Shown: one piece after another, positions 57,299 to 64,000 of the stretch
How positions within the stretch are numbered: the first letter of the stretch is position 1
Layout: the number at the start of each line of letters is the position of its first letter
DNA from: Octopus vulgaris
Taxonomy: Eukaryota
Reading direction: 5' to 3'
Length of the DNA stretch: 64,000 bases
Assembly (NCBI GenBank): GCA_951406725.2
Contig: OX597831.1
Coordinates: 28,458,001 to 28,522,000, forward strand
The notes under the pieces: model-generated
What the model was told of the DNA's origin: nothing
Databases searched by the model: none
Seen by the model: only the letters and a program-made list of their open reading frames with translations
Position numbers and translations under genes: made by a program

Positions 57299-57385
57299 TT
57301 TATTCTATTCTTCCCGAGCATCAGACTGATTCATCTGTTTGTTGTTCCCTCACCCGTCATCGTCAATTGTTTTCTGTAAATTTGA

Positions 57386-57438
<53 letters not shown>

Positions 57439-57465
57439 ATATTTCTTTATTGCCACAAGGGGCTA

Positions 57466-57862
57466 AGAACCAGTGTAACGAAAACAGCCGAAATGTTTGG
57501 TGTATCAAGAAGTACTGTCTCAAATGTAATGACAACATTTGAGAAAGAGGGAAAAACCTCCTCCTCGAAACAAAACTCCGGAAAAAGAACAAAACTTTCA
57601 GATAGAGACTGTCGGATTCTTACAAAAAATGTTAGAAAGGATCACAAAAGTACAGCTCCCAAAATTATTGCGGAGCTTAATGACCACCTCAAGAAGCCAG
57701 TTTCCACAAAAACTGTTTGCCGGGAGCTGCACGAAGCCGGATTTCACGGAGGGCTGCAATCAGAAAACCATTACTTTCAAAAACAAACGGTGCAAAGCGT
57801 TTAGAGTGGAGTAAAAAACTTACAGAATTGGTCCTTAGAGCAGTAGAAGAATGTTATTTTCT
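57466..57862 (+). pseudogene. Tc1-family transposase N-terminal (paired-like HTH) fragment
   Basis: TAEMFGVSRSTVSNV..SGKRTKLSDRD.R.L..VSTKTVCRELHEAGFHG / RAAIRKPLLS..AKRLEW / NVIFS; frameshifted, no TIRs. Confidence 0.88.
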
Positions 57863-57920
57863 CATGTTGAACCGTTATTCGTTATTCTCGTATGCACGCG
57901 CACACACACACACACACGCG

Positions 57921-58250
<330 letters not shown>

Positions 58251-58279
58251 TATATATATATAAGGAAATATATACATAC

Positions 58280-58321
<42 letters not shown>

Positions 58322-59264
58322 TTCAAATCTGATCTCTTTGAAAGTCCAATAGATCTGTCATTTTAATGAATTTTTATTCCCTTTTTCTGATGATAGCTGT
58401 CAAGAAACAGCAATTTTAGCAAAACATATTAAGAAACACTAATAATAAGTGAAATATATTAAAAATAAACAAGTTTTTGACAGTTATATAGATATTTCAA
58501 AATGATGATGCTATGACGCTAGGGGTTTCTATTACTTTGTTCAACATACATAAACAAACATGTATGCATGTATGTATGTATGTATGTATGTATGTATGTA
58601 TGTATGTATGTATGTATGTATGTGTGCATGGGAGAGCAATATCGATAAATATAACAGCCGAATCTGTATAACAACTACACCACGGTCACACAGTGGCTGC
58701 ATTATCAGAATTAGATAAAAAGAAAATGGGGAAAATCTCCAGGAAATAAGAATGGTGAAGGAGAAACGTCTGTACGTAATTGAAGTTGATGCTAAAAGCA
58801 CCATTAGAAAATAGAGGTAAAATGAATATATATATATATATATATATATATAACTAAGTGTACTCAAAATTGCATTAAGCCTAGATCCACACAGGTATTG
58901 CTATTTTGGGTAGAATTTCGGAAAGAAAAAGCAAACTCGAAAGAATAGTAAAATTATACTACCTGAAAAATATTTGAAAGTCATGACATAAAATGTTAAG
59001 AAAATGAATTTGATGACAAACATTAATACATGGTGGGCGAATGGTGGTGGTGGTAGAATGGCCGAATCGTTAAGATGTCGGATAAAATGTCGTATTGTAT
59101 TGAGCTATGGTTCTTTGCTTCCTCATTTCGTGTTGCATCTATGTAGCTGTATTTTTTAAAACATTTTCTGCGTCGGTAAATTTTGTAGTAAAATATTGGA
59201 TTGATACAATCAGCTCCATGAAATTTGTGGTATTTTGTAAAATTTAGAAACGAATTATGGTGTA

Positions 59265-59650
59265 TCTCTTATATAAAATCCGTTCTGTCTGTCTGTGCGT
59301 CTGTCTTCTCGGATCTCAGGCATCCTCCATCCGATTGCGCTCATATTTGATATGTAGATACCAACGGTATCAGGGCGTGTATAAGCCTTGAAAAAATTAC
59401 AAAACTCGATTCCAGGTGAGAATGCTATAGATAAAGCCGCGGGAACGTGCATTTGTACGCGCAAGTACATCAGCTATTGCGATCGATACTACGCGTACGT
59501 GAGAAAAATGCACGTGCAGTTTGCACAAAAAAGCCGGCTGGCTTGAAATAATGCCACAGAATGGGACTGTCGGACAAGTTGTTTTGAGAAAATTTGGTTT
59601 AAATGTTTGACAACTCAGCACCGTCCATTGGACGAGGAACGTTTTGCTCG
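59265..59650 (+). mobile_element. Helitron-like 5' portion
   Basis: TC start: tctcttatataaaatccgttctgtctgtctgt; 3' end not found. Confidence 0.4.
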
Positions 59651-59757
59651 TACATTATATGCTGCTTCACATACACAGACCCCACACACTCACTCACAAA
59701 CACACATGTATAAGTATGAATATTATTATTTATAAAATACAATATCATATTTTCATA

Positions 59758-59960
59758 AGGCGGCTGGCAGAATCGTTAGCACGCCAACCGAAATGTTTAG
59801 CACCATTTCGTCCTTTTGTATTCGAATGCTGCCAAGACTGACTTTGTCTTTCATCCTTTTGGGGTCGATAAAATAAGTACCAGTTGAGCACTGGGATCGA
59901 TATAATCAACTAGACCAATCCCCTAAAATTGCTGGCCTGGTGCCAAACTTGAAACCATCA
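59758..59960 (+). mobile_element. SINE family A (tail type 2)
   Basis: ggcggctggcagaatcgttagcacgcc...cccctaaaattgctggcctggtgccaaa. Confidence 0.85.
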
Positions 59961-60486
59961 TTACTAAAATTCAATAGCATATTCTCATAACAGCCAATAT
60001 GGCAAATGGTTTCATACCAGGGGTTGAGAAAACCTCGTCAATCATCAGGAAAACTTGAAAGGAATATCATAGCGTATGTTCATTTGTCATTGAAAATATC
60101 ATATCTGCTTCGTGGGTATTACAGTTGTTAAAAAAAAACAAGGAAAAAGCCCGTTTAGTTCTAAAGCCAGAGAGGGTATTTTAGATCCCTTGGATTGTTA
60201 TATTCCTTGGATTGGGAACTTAAATGGCCACCATGTTATGGGAAATATTTGCCTATAGGTTGCGGACAGGGTCGGATTGAGGATGGGTTGGAGTAGATAT
60301 GCGGGTGGGAGTAGGGCAGGGAGATGATGTGAGAGGCTAAACTTAAATAATATGTGTGGTCGTGTATGTATATATATATGTATAAATATGTGTTTATGTA
60401 TAACACAGTTGAGTATAGTAAGTCTTATATTAAATTCCTCAGATTGCAGCGAGGGAAAGATTGAGTGGGGGAGTGTGGCTTTAAAT

Positions 60487-60522
<36 letters not shown>

Positions 60523-61679
60523 TTTTCTCAGCCGCAATTTCTTGTCGATCAATCAGCACAGATGATTTGTTGAATGTAATCAGGCGCTTGTGCTGTACTT
60601 TAGCTGAATATTTTCATCAAATTGACATGGAGAGTACACTGATATGGAAGTGACTGTAGAGCAACGTAAGATGAAGTGTGTTGCTCAAGAACACTACGCA
60701 CCGCCCACCCTTGGAATCGAATAACCCCAACAACAAGGCTACACGCCGTTATTAGTCACAGATTCTGTACAGTAAGCTACACAACACTGAGCTACCGTCT
60801 ATCTCTTACAGTTAAGTGGTTTATTGGCTACTACGTAACTTGGTCATGGACGCAGTACAGTGAACTAATAATATGTTATGGTGCCTCATAGCTGTCAAAG
60901 TGGACTGTGGCACTGATAGTTATGTGTCTTAACATTGATGGTCAAGAATATAATAGACTGCTGGCAACAAGACACGAACACGAACACCCACCTTCTTATT
61001 GTCATGGTACCACAACCCACTCGGTTACTTATATTCCCTCATAAAGATATTTTCGCATTTAAGCACCAACCAAAGACCAATTAAATAGGAATTATTGATC
61101 CAAACTTACATCTTTATTAAAACTGCAAACCGTCGACTTTTGTGATGTTTGTCAACCAATCAGAAATAATTTCTTAATTGAACAAATAACCAATGACATC
61201 AACAGAAAAATGACGTCACATTTTCTATACTCCAAATTGACGTCTGCCATTATTTTTGACAACCTTTTTCCATTGAAAACAATATTGTTTATATTAGACG
61301 TTACGGCCCGCTTTTGTGTTTGACTTACTTTGGTAGAATACCTCTGTAAGAAATATAACATAAGTGCCTAATATATTGATTATATCGCACACATACATAC
61401 ACACACGCACATACATTCATGCAAGCTAACATATATATATATATATATATAAATATATATGTATATTGGGATGGATGGATGAATGGCTGGCTGTATAACT
61501 ACAGCAATTAGCTGAACTGTCGTGCATTCTTCTCTTTCATTCATTTAAGGTAATTGTCCACATCATCACAAATAGCTTACTGGGAGCTAATGTTGCCATC
61601 AATTATTCATTTGTCCAACAAACTTGTCACATTATCTATAGAATATTACACCTCTGTACAATAAACAATGGGCGAGTGT

Positions 61680-63360
<1,681 letters not shown>

Positions 63361-63785
63361 CAAGGATAGATAGATAGAGAGATAGGGGCGGAGAGATGCA
63401 TGTATATAAATATATGCTCACATACATACAATTCAATACACACACACACATACACACACACATATATGTATATATACAAACAAACAAACACACACATACT
63501 AACACGCACGCACACATACATACATATACCCACGCATTAAAAGAATGAGAGTGGTGAAAGCATGAGAAGCGAGATTTCACAGCGTGTGAGTTAAACATAC
63601 GGGCTTCCTGTGTGTCTCGGATAATATTTTTTGTTCTGTGCACACATCTCCACACAATACACACAGAATATCCATTTCTTAGGCCGTTCCCAAGCTATTG
63701 ATGCAACAAACAGCATAATACGGATTCATGCACACAGGCCTGCATGAATCTAATCATACGTGCATAAGAAATTAGTGTATGTATG

Positions 63786-63848
<63 letters not shown>

Positions 63849-64000
63849 GGATGTAGATATATGGATATATGCATATGTATGTACACATGTATGCACACTC
63901 GTATATGCACTCACGCAATGCATATATGTATGTATTATGCATGTGTATAAAACTTACATTTCGGATAATCCCGAACGAATCGCTTTGAAGTGGTCTGTTA

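Noticed and set aside
58386-58425. CTGATGA...GAAACAG
   Set aside because: Stems II and III do not pair convincingly.

Overview
Eukaryotic, gene-free, repeat-saturated 64 kb. The SINE families and very high (TA)n/(CA)n/(TATG)n/(TATC)n/trinucleotide microsatellite load suggest an octopus (cephalopod) genome; this is an inference. No host exon is supported, and almost all ORF-track entries are microsatellite translations. Recognisable content: (1) a 5'-truncated but frame-intact Penelope-like element (Neptune-type RT + GIY-YIG) at 45881-49502, plus two decayed relatives; (2) fragments of R4/Dong-like, CR1-like, RTE and L1/Tx1 LINEs; (3) an internally deleted mariner, a Tc1 fragment and non-autonomous Helitron-like elements; (4) three tRNA-headed SINE families; (5) a U6 snRNA pseudogene. 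Most notable are about a dozen minimal type I hammerhead-ribozyme (HHR) folds, read by eye, at Penelope-type termini. Among them is a young non-coding, HHR-bearing, retrozyme-like element at 55104-56111, built as 1.2 turns of a 557-bp monomer followed by a 340-bp fold-back. Also, the 3' tail of one SINE family matches the 3' end of an L1/Tx1 LINE in the same window.
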